The position numbers were made by a program, and so were the translations under genes. A stretch of DNA of 64,000 nt from Nitrospirota bacterium (lineage in GTDB: Bacteria > Nitrospirota > Thermodesulfovibrionia > Thermodesulfovibrionales > UBA9159), in NCBI GenBank assembly GCA_021790195.1, contig JAJYIF010000003.1, positions 4,459 through 68,458 on the forward strand. The letters run 5' to 3'. The notes under the pieces were generated by a model, which saw nothing but the letters and a program-made list of their open reading frames with translations, did not search any database and was not told the origin of the DNA. This document shows positions 50,438 to 61,186 of the stretch, piece by piece (within the stretch, counting starts at the first letter, position 1; the number at the start of each line of letters is the position of its first letter).

Positions 50438-52434
50438 GATGTTCCGGGGTGCCTCCTCAAGAACTCCCGGAGGGCTTCCGCGCTGTCGAGCGGCTCATAA
50501 CATGGGCCTTTTCTGCAGGGAGTGACGAGCCCCTTGTCCTGGCCGTACGCCAGCACTGTATAAGGATTGAAGGTAAGACGCGCCGACTCGGCGAGACCGC
50601 CGCCCGGATCGACTTCCAGATTGAGCTTCAGCATATTGAAATACCGGTCCATGGCGCAATAATAGTATGCCGAGTGAATTCCGAGATCGGAGGACCGCGA
50701 AGAAAACGACTTCAGCGCGGTCTCAGCACGTCGCCAGTATGAGTCATCGTCCCTTATGTAAGAGAGTTTGATCAGGCAGGTGACAGCGATGGCGTTGGCC
50801 GAAGGGTGCGGAATATCTTCGATGACCTTAAGTCTGACCCCTGCTACAGCATCTGCAGAATCAAAAAAGCCCCCTGCCGCCTCGTCCCATAAACCTGAAA
50901 CGCACTTCTCCATCAACTCATCCGCCCGTTGAAGGAAAAAGGGTTCGCCGGTGACTTCATACGCAGAGATATTTGCGTCAATCATATGCACGAAGTCCTC
51001 AAGCAGCGCCTCAACGCCCTCGGCATGGAAAAGCCCGGCGTTAACGTAACGCAGCTCCATTATTCTTTCAAGGCTCTTGAGGGCGAATTCCTTCAGTCTA
51101 ACGTCCCCGAAGCCCCTGTAGGCCTTCAGATATGCAGAGATAAACATGCCGTTGAGAGATGTATACAACGTCCTGTCCACAAGAGGGGACTCCCTCTTCA
51201 GTCTCTCCCTCAACAGCTTTTCTTTGCCGCGCGCGATTGTCTCAGATACGACATTCGCCTCTATTCCCATCTCCGAGGATATATCTTCGACCTCCGCAGC
51301 GACGAACAATACCTTCTTTGATTTATTGTGGTGTGTAGAGCCACTCTCATGAAACAGGTGTGAAGACAGGATCTTGAATTCCTGTTCAGTGAGGGTTCTC
51401 CTTAAGTCCTCCTCAGTCCATGTGAAGTAACCGCCTTCGTCTTCAGGGTTGACGTCGGCGTCCTGGCTTGCGAAGAAACCGCCTTCCGGGTCTGAGAGAG
51501 TGTCCTGGACAAACCTGATTATTCCGTACGAGACCTCTTTGAAATAACGGTCTCCAAAAAGACAATACGCGTCAACATAATTCCTGAGAAGCCAGGCGTT
51601 GTCATCAGCCATCTTCTCGAAATGAGGAACAATCCACGACTCATCAACGGAATAGCGGTGGAAACCGCCTCCCAAATGGTCATGGAAACCCCCCTTCGAC
51701 ATCGCATCGAGGGTTTTTTTTATCGCAAAACCTTTGCTGTCATGGGGCGGCCGTGCCGGTGCCCCCGCGTTTTTCTCTCCCGACTCCAGGTAGTATCGAT
51801 TCATAAGAAACTCCAGGGCGCCGGAGGCGGGAAATTTCGGCGCCCTGCCGAAGCCCCCGTTCTGCGGGTCGAATTCCTCCAATATCGCGGAAACTGCGTC
51901 GCTCAGCATTGATCTCTTGATGACCGCCTCGGGCGTCTCTTTCGGCTGAACATAATCCATTAGCTTCTCCGAGTACTCGGCAACTTCCCCCCTCCTCGAC
52001 CTGTAGAAATCAACTACGCTCCTGATCACTTTCTTGAACCCCGGTCTTCCGTGGCCGTCCTCAAGAGGGAAATACGTGCCCCCGAAGAAGGGTCTCTTGT
52101 CAGGAGTCAGAAACACGGACAGGGGCCAGCCGCCCCCTGATTCCATGGCCGCCACTGCCTGCTGGTATATCCTGTCTATCTCCGGCCTCTCGTCACGGTC
52201 GATTTTGATGTTGATGCAATTCTCATTGAGCAGGCGGACCACCTCGTCGTCCTTGAAGCACTCCTCGGCCATAATGTGGCACCAGTGGCACCATATCGCA
52301 CCCGAACTTAGAAAGACCGGCTTGTCTTCAAGCCTTGCCCTTTCAAAGGGCTCCTCGCCCCAGGGGTACCAGTCGATCTTCTGGGAGGCCGAATGTTTCA
52401 GGTACGCTGCCCTTTCTGTCGAGAGCCGGTTCAC
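50434..52434 (-). CDS. Thioredoxin-domain YyaL/SSP411 (DUF255) family protein
   Basis: Motifs MNRL, WCHWCH.M, GGWPL, PHFEKM. Confidence 0.9.
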   Translation of the reverse strand: MNRLSTERAAYLKHSASQKIDWYPWGEEPFERARLEDKPVFLSSGAIWCHWCHIMAEECFKDDEVVRLLNENCINIKIDRDERPEIDRIYQQAVAAMESGGGWPLSVFLTPDKRPFFGGTYFPLEDGHGRPGFKKVIRSVVDFYRSRRGEVAEYSEKLMDYVQPKETPEAVIKRSMLSDAVSAILEEFDPQNGGFGRAPKFPASGALEFLMNRYYLESGEKNAGAPARPPHDSKGFAIKKTLDAMSKGGFHDHLGGGFHRYSVDESWIVPHFEKMADDNAWLLRNYVDAYCLFGDRYFKEVSYGIIRFVQDTLSDPEGGFFASQDADVNPEDEGGYFTWTEEDLRRTLTEQEFKILSSHLFHESGSTHHNKSKKVLFVAAEVEDISSEMGIEANVVSETIARGKEKLLRERLKRESPLVDRTLYTSLNGMFISAYLKAYRGFGDVRLKEFALKSLERIMELRYVNAGLFHAEGVEALLEDFVHMIDANISAYEVTGEPFFLQRADELMEKCVSGLWDEAAGGFFDSADAVAGVRLKVIEDIPHPSANAIAVTCLIKLSYIRDDDSYWRRAETALKSFSSRSSDLGIHSAYYYCAMDRYFNMLKLNLEVDPGGGLAESARLTFNPYTVLAYGQDKGLVTPCRKGPCYEPLDSAEALREFLRRHPGTS

Positions 52435-52462
52435 CGGATGGACCTAGAGGGATGCGATATAT

Positions 52463-54367
52463 TCATCGCGCAGTCTCACGGAAGGACATCTTCAGTTCGT
52501 ATAAGCCCGCATCGAGTCTCTTCTCGATGACAAAGCCTGCACGTTCAAAGAGACGGAGCATGCCCCTGTTTTCCATCAGCACCTCCGCGGTAAATCCGTG
52601 AAGTCCCTTCTTTCGTGCTATATAGGCGAGGTAGGAAAGCATCTCTTTTCCTATGCCCTTATTCTGATAGTCGTCTTTGACTACGAAAGCGACCTCCGCC
52701 ACGTTTGTTTCAGAGTCAATAAGGTACTGGGCCAGACCGACCACGTGCTCTTTGCCTTCGTCCTCGACCGTTGCGAGTATCACCATCTCCTTCGTATAGT
52801 CGATCGCGACGAACTTCTGCAGACGCTCGTGTGGCATGTCCCTTCGCGTCGAGATAAACCTGTGGTACATGGACTCGTCACTCAGCGAGTAAAAGAAGTC
52901 CTTCATGAGGTGCTCGTCACTCAGCCTGACCGGTCTTAAGAGGATGTCGAGGGCCACGTCGGTCCTCCGCGCCGTCTCAAGGTCCTCAGGGTATTCCCCA
53001 CCTTCCCCGGGAACGAAGGACTGGTCCTTATATATTAGGTTCAGCTGCTTTGCTCCCTCTATCAACCGGCTACGGAATTTCGGATGGGCTATAGAGATCA
53101 GATCCATGGCCCTCTCCCGAACATTTTTCCCGTGGAGGTACGCAATGCCGTATTCGGTCACGACGTAATGTATGTCGCCTCTCGTCAATGTGACCCCGGC
53201 GCCGTCCTTGAGCGAGGTCACTATTCTCGAAAACTCGCCCTCCTCGGCGGTCGACTGAAGGGCCAGAATGGTCTTCCCGCCCTGCGAGAGTACCGCGCCC
53301 CGCATGAAATCAGCCTGTCCGCCTATTCCGCTGTAAAAATAATTTCCGATCGACTCGGCCGTTGCCTGGCCGGTCAGGTCTATCTCCAATGCGCTGTTGA
53401 TGGCGGTCATATTCCTGTGGCGGGCTATGACAAGTGGGTTATTCGTGTAGTTGACCGGCCTGAACTCTATCGAGGGGTTGTCGTGAAGGAATTCATAAGT
53501 CTCCTTCTTCCCCATACAAAAGGCCGCGACTGTCTTGCCCCTGTTCAATTCCTTCCTTGAATTGTCTATCACCCCTGCCTTCATGAGATCTATGACGCCG
53601 TCCGTCAAGAGCTCTGTGTGGACCCCAAGATGTCTCTTGTTCCGGAGGTGGGACAGTATAGCGTTCGGAATCGTGCCGTATCCGACCTGGATCACATCTC
53701 CGTCCTGGACGAGGCGGCCCACGTTCCGGCCTATCCGCTCGGTGACCTCGTCCGGTATAAAGGCCTCGTACTCGAGCAGGGGTTCGTCATGAGCGACCAT
53801 GAAGTCCACGTCTCTGACATGAAGGAAACTCTCCCCGTGGACCCGAGGCATCCGCGAATTCACCTGTGCGACCACGAGGGAAGCGTTATCAACCGCAGCT
53901 TTCACTATGTCTACGCTTATGCCGAGACTCATGTATCCGTGATCGTCCGGAAGCGAGGTCTGTATCAGCGCGACGTCGATCTTTACAAAGCCCCGGCTGA
54001 AAAGGTTTGGGACTGCAGATAGAAATACCGGAGTATAGTCCGAGAGGCCTTTATTGACCGATTCTCTTGTGTTGTTCCCGATGAAAAAGGAGTTGAGCCT
54101 GAAATTGTCCTTAAACTTCTCGTCTGCATAGGGAGCTACGCCGAGGGTCCAAACGTGGAAGACCTCCGCGTCGAGCAGGGCCTTCGGATGGGATTGCACG
54201 TATTCCACAAGAGAGCGCACAAGGTATTGCGGCTCCCCGCAGGCCGTTCCGATGAATATCCTGTTGCCGGGACGTATGCGGCCGAAAATAGCTTGCTCAT
54301 GCGCAAACTTCTCCGGATATTCTCTCTTTATCCTGTCAAATCTCTGAAAGGCCTCTTCCGCAATCAT
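52463..54367 (-). CDS. Acetyl-CoA hydrolase/transferase fused to a C-terminal GNAT domain
   Basis: QVGYG, HLGVHTE, SGIGGQADF, VTEYGIA; C-terminal YQNKGIG and N..M..LF. Confidence 0.88.
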   Translation of the reverse strand: MIAEEAFQRFDRIKREYPEKFAHEQAIFGRIRPGNRIFIGTACGEPQYLVRSLVEYVQSHPKALLDAEVFHVWTLGVAPYADEKFKDNFRLNSFFIGNNTRESVNKGLSDYTPVFLSAVPNLFSRGFVKIDVALIQTSLPDDHGYMSLGISVDIVKAAVDNASLVVAQVNSRMPRVHGESFLHVRDVDFMVAHDEPLLEYEAFIPDEVTERIGRNVGRLVQDGDVIQVGYGTIPNAILSHLRNKRHLGVHTELLTDGVIDLMKAGVIDNSRKELNRGKTVAAFCMGKKETYEFLHDNPSIEFRPVNYTNNPLVIARHRNMTAINSALEIDLTGQATAESIGNYFYSGIGGQADFMRGAVLSQGGKTILALQSTAEEGEFSRIVTSLKDGAGVTLTRGDIHYVVTEYGIAYLHGKNVRERAMDLISIAHPKFRSRLIEGAKQLNLIYKDQSFVPGEGGEYPEDLETARRTDVALDILLRPVRLSDEHLMKDFFYSLSDESMYHRFISTRRDMPHERLQKFVAIDYTKEMVILATVEDEGKEHVVGLAQYLIDSETNVAEVAFVVKDDYQNKGIGKEMLSYLAYIARKKGLHGFTAEVLMENRGMLRLFERAGFVIEKRLDAGLYELKMSFRETAR

Positions 54368-54384
54368 ATTGCTCCACCTTTCCC

Positions 54385-56787
54385 TTAGGCAATCCTGACT
54401 TCGAAATTGCTTCCTTCCCACCGCTGCTCGTTGATCCAAAAAATAGTAAAAGAGATCGCTGTATCCGAGGATAGTCCTTGCGTCTGAATATCGGCAACGT
54501 GCATACCTATCCCGCCCTCACGGCTCTTGTTGTCATATGCGTTCTTCCAGCCGTCAATGCTCCAGCGCACCATGACGGGAGACAAGGTTTCTATACGCAG
54601 CATCTTTCCCTTACGGATATTCCTGCACTTATGATTGAAACGCCAGATGTCGTATGGGGAACCAATGCGCCCGACCAAATAGCGTTCTGCTGTCTGTAAA
54701 GGCATATCGAAGACGCGGCCATCGCGCAGGGAGCGGCATAATTTAAGGTATTCCGAATGCGCCCACACGAGCGGCATGGCAGAGCCGGATGGGCGTCCAA
54801 AGAAGAGCTCCATCTCCGGAATGTCCGCCGAGTCCCACACCTGTTCGGATATCATTCCTCCTTCGTTCGCAAAGGCTTCGAGGGTCTCAAGCAACTCCTG
54901 CGCTTTGTCCCTTCTTCCGGCCGCAAGCTCATAGTGGGCCCGCTCGCCCGTCAGGAGGGGCCAGAGACGGCCCATTCCGGTTCCGTCGAAAGGAGAGCCG
55001 TCCTCGTGTTCACCGTATCCGTCGTCATTGTAGCGGTGCCAGGCAGGACCAAACGGAGTATCCACCTTCAGGAGAGAATCTATAACCTTGACCGTGTTTA
55101 CAATGCGAGGATCATCGGCAGCCCGCAGTCCGAAGCGTACGAGCGCGAGGGCGTCGGGACTGACTATATGCGCAGCCGGCCTCTCGCTTGAAGCGGGCGG
55201 CCGGTTCTTGATCGGCACGAAGCCTCCAACCGGGGAGGAAGCGTCTGCGAGCTCAGGCGGCGCAATGCGCACATAATAACCCTCCACTCCTATTTCACGG
55301 GCCAGGTCCGTGCCGCTCACATAAGTCCATCTATCTATGCCCGCGTTCCAGGCATCCGCGGTTTCCCGCAGATATACGCCTATTCCAGTCTCTCCGCAAA
55401 TATCGGCGAGATCGGCTGCGCAAAGAAGAGCGGCCACCTCCACCGCAAGGCTGAAAGGAGAGTAGCCTGCGTCTTCCTCCCAGCGGTCTTGCTGCGTCAC
55501 CGGTCCGTTTTTCACTATGAAAGCGGCGGCGCGCCGGACCATGGGCCACAAACTCTTAGCTGCCTCTTCGTCCAGGACCTTCTCGCGCAGCGCGAGATCA
55601 ACAAGAAGGATGGGAAAGGCGGTCTCGTCCATCTGGATCCCGCTCCAATAAGGCGTTCCGTCAAGCCACATGTTCTGAGGCCAGTGCCCGTCCTCTTCCT
55701 GAGTAGACACCAGGTACCGTCCGACGCGGCGCACGTCCTCCGCCGCTCCTGCGGCCAGCAGTCCGCCGGCAGACTCAACAAGGTCCCTCGGCCACACAAG
55801 ATGATAACCCCCGAGGTCGTCGTCCCCCTTTATGAAACCCCAGGGTATGGAAAGGCCGGCTATCAAGCCGCCCGGGAAGTTGTCGGCCTCATGGGTCAGC
55901 AGCACCGCGCCGCTCGTACGGTAAAGCCTGTATTTACCAGGCTTCTCTTCATCGATGGGCAAAAGCGTCCCCTGCCACTTCCGCCATTCCTCTATATACT
56001 CCGCGCGCACTGAATCGAATCCGTCTATAAGTCCCGAGCGCGCCCTGTTCCCGGCCTCCGCAGGATTTCTTCCAAATCCCAGGGCCAGAAGGAAAGCCCC
56101 GTCGGCACCGGACAGGTCCACCTCTGCGCAGAGCGCCACATTTCCGTTTTCGGCGCGATTGTATTCCCACGTCATTATCTTATGGCCCATCAGGTCCTGC
56201 CAGCCATCCGAGACCCCGACGAAACCGACAGATCTTTTCAGGAAAGGGGTTGAGCAGGCAAGGGCCAGTGCGTTCCCGTCGCGCTCGGCAAAAAGCATCG
56301 GCACGCCCTTGTAATCGCCGGTCCATGCAGTGTTACCGGAGCCCCTGTTGCCTATGTGGGGGGACAAGAGCACATAAAGATGAAAGTCCTCCGGACCATC
56401 CTGCAACGGCACAAAGCGCGTCCACTGCAGAAGAGCGTCGCGCCGGGGATCCGAGACGATCTCTTTCTCTATACGATAGCGGCCCTCCCTGCATGTGTTG
56501 ATCAGCCGGTAAAGGGGGACACCTTTCACCGGATACTCCACCTTCGATACCGCGTGGCGCTTCTCCTCTGAGAAGAAGTTGCGGCCGTCCGTGACTATCA
56601 GGCCGAGGTCCCGCGTGCACGCCTGGTCCACACGGGGAAAATAGATCTCGTTCAGTATCCCGTGGCTGATGCTGAACCAGACCCGGTTCGCATGACTCAG
56701 CGAAGTGCCGACCCCGCTCTTGGCGCTCGATGTCCATCGGGCCGATATGCCGGGCCAGCCCGGCGCATAAGAATCTGATATTGTCAT
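54385..56787 (-). CDS. Glucoamylase/glucodextranase (GH15)
   Basis: Motifs APG.PG...W....K.GVGT, YHLVWPRD, QDRWEE, PLVWAH.EY. Confidence 0.9.
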   Translation of the reverse strand: MTISDSYAPGWPGISARWTSSAKSGVGTSLSHANRVWFSISHGILNEIYFPRVDQACTRDLGLIVTDGRNFFSEEKRHAVSKVEYPVKGVPLYRLINTCREGRYRIEKEIVSDPRRDALLQWTRFVPLQDGPEDFHLYVLLSPHIGNRGSGNTAWTGDYKGVPMLFAERDGNALALACSTPFLKRSVGFVGVSDGWQDLMGHKIMTWEYNRAENGNVALCAEVDLSGADGAFLLALGFGRNPAEAGNRARSGLIDGFDSVRAEYIEEWRKWQGTLLPIDEEKPGKYRLYRTSGAVLLTHEADNFPGGLIAGLSIPWGFIKGDDDLGGYHLVWPRDLVESAGGLLAAGAAEDVRRVGRYLVSTQEEDGHWPQNMWLDGTPYWSGIQMDETAFPILLVDLALREKVLDEEAAKSLWPMVRRAAAFIVKNGPVTQQDRWEEDAGYSPFSLAVEVAALLCAADLADICGETGIGVYLRETADAWNAGIDRWTYVSGTDLAREIGVEGYYVRIAPPELADASSPVGGFVPIKNRPPASSERPAAHIVSPDALALVRFGLRAADDPRIVNTVKVIDSLLKVDTPFGPAWHRYNDDGYGEHEDGSPFDGTGMGRLWPLLTGERAHYELAAGRRDKAQELLETLEAFANEGGMISEQVWDSADIPEMELFFGRPSGSAMPLVWAHSEYLKLCRSLRDGRVFDMPLQTAERYLVGRIGSPYDIWRFNHKCRNIRKGKMLRIETLSPVMVRWSIDGWKNAYDNKSREGGIGMHVADIQTQGLSSDTAISFTIFWINEQRWEGSNFEVRIA

Positions 56788-56816
56788 GAATGCCTCCTGT
56801 TTTTTTTCACAACCTG

Positions 56817-58220
56817 CTATGCCATTTCTCTCGGATGTCTTCCCGCACGCCAGTGCGCCTCTATTTCTTCCAGGCTTCGTCCCTTCGTCTCCGGGACAAG
56901 ATAATAAGCAAAGATCCAAGCCCCCACGGCAATGAGGCCGTATATCCAGAACGACCACGCCTTGCCCGCCGCCTGCACGAGCGTGAGGAAGGTCACAGCC
57001 ACTATCAGATTCGCAATCCAGTTCGACGCAGTAGCTATGCTCATCGCAAGGCCGCGTATCTTCAACGGATAGATCTCTGAGATAAGCAGCCAGAAAACAG
57101 GGCCGAGGCCCAAGGCGAAGGAGCCGACATATAGCGCAAGGCTTGCTACAGCGACCCAGCCGAGGGTCCCTGAAAACCCCCGCAGTGAAAACGCGATGCC
57201 CAGCGCCGCAAGACCCAGGGTCATGCCGGCAAGACTTGTCAGCAACAGGGGCCTCCTGCCGAAACTGTCAAGGAGCTGGCGGGAAGCGACCGTCATCAGC
57301 ACATTCACGAGCCCTACCCCGGCAGTGGCAAGTATTGCTGAGGAAGCCGACTTGAAACCCGCAAACTGGAAGATGGTCGGCGCATAGTAGATTACTGTAT
57401 TGATGCCAGTCATCTGCTGAAAGACCGCCAGGCCGACGCCTGTGAGGAGAGCAGGCCTTACCGACGGTTCTTTCAGTTCCAGCCATCTTCCCCGCTGCCG
57501 GCCCAGGCCGGCCTGTATTAACCTAACCTCCGCCTCCACATCGGCAGTCCCGCGGATTCGTTTTAGGACGTCGAGGGCGTCCCCGGAAAGACCTCGGCTT
57601 ACAAGCCACCTCGGACTCTCCGGCATGAAGAGCATGCCGATACCCAGGGCAGAGGCAGGAAGAACCGCCATTGCAAACATCCACCTCCAACCCCCAACAG
57701 CAGAGAACGAGTAGTCAACGATATACGAGAGGACAATCCCTGTGGTAAGCGCAATCTGATTGAGGGCCACCATCCTCCCCCGAGCATTGGAGGGCGACAC
57801 CTCCGATATATAGAGCGGGGCGGCAAATGAGGCCGACCCAATCGCGATACCCACTACAATTTGTGCGGCAATGAGTGTCCCCACGGCCGATGCAAAAGCC
57901 GAACCTACGGCGCCTGAGGCGAAGAGCAGAGCGGTCGCGATAATGATCCTGCGCCGTCCGAAGCGGTCGGCGAGAACGCCTCCCGCAGCCGCTCCGAACA
58001 ATGCGCCCAGAGCGGTCGAACTTATTACGATCTCTTCGATGGTCGCCGAGAGCAGGAAGTCCTGCTTGATGAAGAGAATGGCGCCGGAGATGACGCCCGT
58101 GTTGTAGCCAAAGAGCAGGCCGCCAAGGGCCGAGACACCGGCCGCAATCGAAACAAAACGTCCGCTCTTTGCCTCAGGGGCTGGGTTATGTCTCTGCGGA
58201 AGGTCCTGTCTTGGGTCCAT
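56817..58220 (-). CDS. Sugar porter family MFS transporter
   Basis: Motifs GGLLFGY, DRFGRR, PESPRWL, QQ.TGIN, PETKG.SLEE. Confidence 0.93.
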   Translation of the reverse strand: MDPRQDLPQRHNPAPEAKSGRFVSIAAGVSALGGLLFGYNTGVISGAILFIKQDFLLSATIEEIVISSTALGALFGAAAGGVLADRFGRRRIIIATALLFASGAVGSAFASAVGTLIAAQIVVGIAIGSASFAAPLYISEVSPSNARGRMVALNQIALTTGIVLSYIVDYSFSAVGGWRWMFAMAVLPASALGIGMLFMPESPRWLVSRGLSGDALDVLKRIRGTADVEAEVRLIQAGLGRQRGRWLELKEPSVRPALLTGVGLAVFQQMTGINTVIYYAPTIFQFAGFKSASSAILATAGVGLVNVLMTVASRQLLDSFGRRPLLLTSLAGMTLGLAALGIAFSLRGFSGTLGWVAVASLALYVGSFALGLGPVFWLLISEIYPLKIRGLAMSIATASNWIANLIVAVTFLTLVQAAGKAWSFWIYGLIAVGAWIFAYYLVPETKGRSLEEIEAHWRAGRHPREMA

Positions 58221-58236
58221 GAAGAGGGTCAGGCAA

Positions 58237-59343
58237 TCACGATGCCCATTCGATTACGACTTTGATATCGTCCGCGCCGTGATGTTTGAAGGCCTCCTCG
58301 AAATCCGGATAATGAAAGCGCTGCGTGATCAGCTTCTGAACATGGTCTCCCCACCGTTGCGTCGCTTCCCGGAGATCGTTTACCGCCGCCTGAAAATGGT
58401 CGCGCGAGGCATTGACGCTTCCCGTCATTACCTGATTGCCGAGCACAAGTCTGCGAATCAGCTCCGCGCCCTGGATCTGCAGAGGCCGGTCCCCGCCCGG
58501 TATTCCCGTGAGCACATAGACGCCGTTAAGCGCAAGGGCGTCAAGAAGGTTGAATTCAAGGGACGCAACGCCGGTTGCCTCGAAGATCAGGTCCGCGGGA
58601 CCCAACTCATTCCGCACGAGGTCCGGCGTCACAGCCCTGCCGTCCACGTACTTCCCTCCTATGAACTCGAGCCACCTGGGCCTGTCCGTCGCCCTGTCCA
58701 CGATGTCGGTTCCGTAAACTTCTGCGCCCCGCAACCGCAGGGCCATCGCGGCGAGCATGCCGACCGGTCCGAGTCCGGCAACGAGACAACGCTTTCCTTG
58801 GAGCCAATGAGGGCCGTCAGAAGCACCGGGCAGGCGTGAGAGCTGGATTCTCAGCGCCTCATCGATCGCCTTCTCCGCAACTGAAAGGGGCTCTGTCAGG
58901 ACGCCGACGCCTTCGAGCTCCCCAGGCACCGGCACGGCATGGATTTCGCTGTCTACGACAAATTCGGTCTCGTATCCGTCCAGCCCCTTGATGCCACGTT
59001 CCATGTAGTCCCCGGTCTCGCACATGTCCGACCGCTCCATCAAACAGGCCCGGCATTTGCCGCATCCCCGCCTCACTGTTAAGACACAGCAGTCTCTCTC
59101 CTTAACGCGTGTGACCGCGTTTCCGGTTTCGACGACCTGCCCCAACATCTCGTGGCCGATCACTAATTCACTACTGCCTTTCGGGGACGCGGCACGTCCG
59201 CCAGAGGCCTCCTCGCGGTCCGTGCCGCAGATACCTACGCGTAACACCTTGACCTTCACGTCATGCGGATGTGTAATATGAGGTTCCGCCCTATCGACCA
59301 ACCTCAGCCCTGAAGTTCCCGGAACGACTGCAATAGCCTTCAT
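58237..59343 (-). CDS. Zinc-dependent glucose 1-dehydrogenase (archaeal-type MDR family)
   Basis: Motifs GICGTDRE, GHE, VRRGCGKC..C, ERGI.G.DG, GSVNA. Confidence 0.85.
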   Translation of the reverse strand: MKAIAVVPGTSGLRLVDRAEPHITHPHDVKVKVLRVGICGTDREEASGGRAASPKGSSELVIGHEMLGQVVETGNAVTRVKERDCCVLTVRRGCGKCRACLMERSDMCETGDYMERGIKGLDGYETEFVVDSEIHAVPVPGELEGVGVLTEPLSVAEKAIDEALRIQLSRLPGASDGPHWLQGKRCLVAGLGPVGMLAAMALRLRGAEVYGTDIVDRATDRPRWLEFIGGKYVDGRAVTPDLVRNELGPADLIFEATGVASLEFNLLDALALNGVYVLTGIPGGDRPLQIQGAELIRRLVLGNQVMTGSVNASRDHFQAAVNDLREATQRWGDHVQKLITQRFHYPDFEEAFKHHGADDIKVVIEWAS

Positions 59344-59482
59344 AACACCATCTCCCTTTTCCAGTTCGGAACAATACTCTAACCCGCATCATTCATAAAA
59401 TATGGGCAAGTGCGGCGCAAAACCTAATACCATCATAGCAGCAGTTCGACTAACGTCAATATTAGTCTTCTGTCCCTTGGTA

Positions 59483-59617
59483 GTCATTCCGGGCTTGACG
59501 CGCCGTGCCTGTCGGCAGGCAGGGAATCCAGTGACTGTTTCCTTTTATATACAAGTAGCCGCGAATTGCCGACTTGCAATAGTGAAAGTCGCTGGATACC
59601 GGCTTTCGCCGGTATGA
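59483..59617. repeat. REP/RPE-like paired hairpin element with nested palindrome
   Basis: GTCATTCCGGGCTTGAC...GGAATCCAG ... CTGGATACCGGCTTTCGCCGGTATGA. Confidence 0.6.
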
Positions 59618-59634
59618 AAAACCAGAGACAGGCT

Positions 59635-59970
59635 CTAATGTCCGCCGGATGAAACGACGCGATTGCGACCAGCTGACTTTGCCGCGTAGAGGGCATCATC
59701 CGCCCCCTTAAGGACAGTTCCCCACTTGCTGTCAATGCAGTCCTTATCGAAGGCCGAAACGCCGCAGCTGACGGTAATGATCCCCCTGTCGGAACCTGCG
59801 TTTTCGATAGACATGGTCTCGATGTCTTTTCTTAACCTCTCGGCGACAACAGCGGTAGTCCTGGTGTTCTGTTCGGGAAGAACTATCACATTTCTTCGGC
59901 TAAGAATGTCCTTGAGCAGCTCCCGGGTTACAGGATCGTCCTCTACTACCAATATCAGTCCCTTGGTCAC
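59635..59970 (-). pseudogene. Internally deleted response-regulator diguanylate cyclase
   Basis: Receiver start ILVVEDD..TRELL is fused to the post-GGDEF half (VLPE..AERLR..ITVSCGVS..ADDALYAAKSAGRNRV); the GG(D/E)EF motif is absent. Confidence 0.75.
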
Positions 59971-60012
59971 GGAGAACTCTTTCCTTCTCCGTTTTATGTT
60001 CCCGCACTGAAC

Positions 60013-61065
60013 CTACTTGCAATCGCCGGAGAGAAAACACTGCGGATCGTCCCCGAGAAAGTCGCTGCCCCCTTTTGACTGGGAATATGCGTATGCGATG
60101 GCGCGGCATCCCCTGCAACCGGACCATCTCCCGCAATCTCCGCACCTGCCCCTGTAGCCGCTCTTGTCCCTCAGCGAGAGCAGCACGGGCGACGAGGCCC
60201 ACAGCTCCCTAAGGTCGTCCTTCTTCACATTCCCGAGCCGCACAGGCAGCCTCCTGCAAGGAGTGACCGTGCCGTCCGGGAGGATAGTAAAGCCTGAAAC
60301 GCCTGCGGCACATCCTCCGGTGGCTACCGATCCTCCGGCGGATCTTCCATTTACAGACATCTGGGAAGCGACAGGATCTCCGGTGACGAGATCGAGTCCC
60401 TCTATCTTCAGGGAGACTATATTCTTATAGAGCGATTCCACCCTCTCCCGGCTAAGCATCTTCCTGAGAAGACCCGCCCCCCTGCCTGAAGGCACAAGCC
60501 TCGAAAAACCAAGTCTCTGGACGCCGGCCGAGGCTGCAAGCTCGACGATGTCCATGAAATAGTCAGCATTCACCTCAGAAAGAGTGGCATTAAGTGTCAC
60601 TTTTATCCCTTCCTCCAGAAGACAGCCGACACCTTTAAGCGAGGCCTGGAAACTGCCCTTGCCCCTGATCATCTCATGGATCTTTTCCGGCCCTTCGATG
60701 CTTACCTGCACGCCCCTCACGCCGAGCCAGGAAAGCAGTCTCGCCTTTGCCCTGTTGATGAGAATGCCGTTGGAAAGCAGATAAACGTCAAAACCCCTTC
60801 TCCTGACGTCCTCTAGGATCTCGAAGATGTCTTCATGCAGGAAAGGCTCGCCTCCGGTGATATTGAAGCTGCGGGAAAAACCGATCTCGTAGCTTTCAGA
60901 CCAGGCATTCAGCATGTCCTGGATCTCGCCGATCGTCTCCCTTATCTCCTGAAGCGACATCTCGTCGGTCTTCCCGTTATTCTGGTAGCAGTGCCTGCAC
61001 CTCAGATTGCACCTTTCGGTGAGATGCCACTGTATAAAAAAGTCTGTGTTGTCGCTTATGGACAT
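60013..61065 (-). CDS. Radical SAM/SPASM domain protein, putative peptide maturase
   Basis: CNLRCRHC and TGGEP; SPASM cysteines CAAG...DG.VTPC...CGDC....CRGCRA...DPQC; RBS GAGGTG. Confidence 0.92.
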   Translation of the reverse strand: MSISDNTDFFIQWHLTERCNLRCRHCYQNNGKTDEMSLQEIRETIGEIQDMLNAWSESYEIGFSRSFNITGGEPFLHEDIFEILEDVRRRGFDVYLLSNGILINRAKARLLSWLGVRGVQVSIEGPEKIHEMIRGKGSFQASLKGVGCLLEEGIKVTLNATLSEVNADYFMDIVELAASAGVQRLGFSRLVPSGRGAGLLRKMLSRERVESLYKNIVSLKIEGLDLVTGDPVASQMSVNGRSAGGSVATGGCAAGVSGFTILPDGTVTPCRRLPVRLGNVKKDDLRELWASSPVLLSLRDKSGYRGRCGDCGRWSGCRGCRAIAYAYSQSKGGSDFLGDDPQCFLSGDCK

Positions 61066-61168
61066 GAATGCACCTCTCGGATTTGGCGGCAGCAGAAGGA
61101 AGACATAAATAGGCGGACAGTCAATATGTCTTTCATATGTCTCTTACACACTGCCTGTCCGCCTTCCT

Positions 61169-61185
61169 GTTGCCAGACCGGCAAC
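61169..61185 (-). promoter_or_regulatory. Bacterial SECIS element (fdhF-like)
   Basis: GTTGCC-GGTCT-GGCAAC perfect hairpin. The loop resembles the E. coli fdhF SECIS (GGUUGC-AGGUCU-GCACC). The stem starts 10 nt after the second UGA. Confidence 0.8.
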
Positions 61186-61186
61186 T

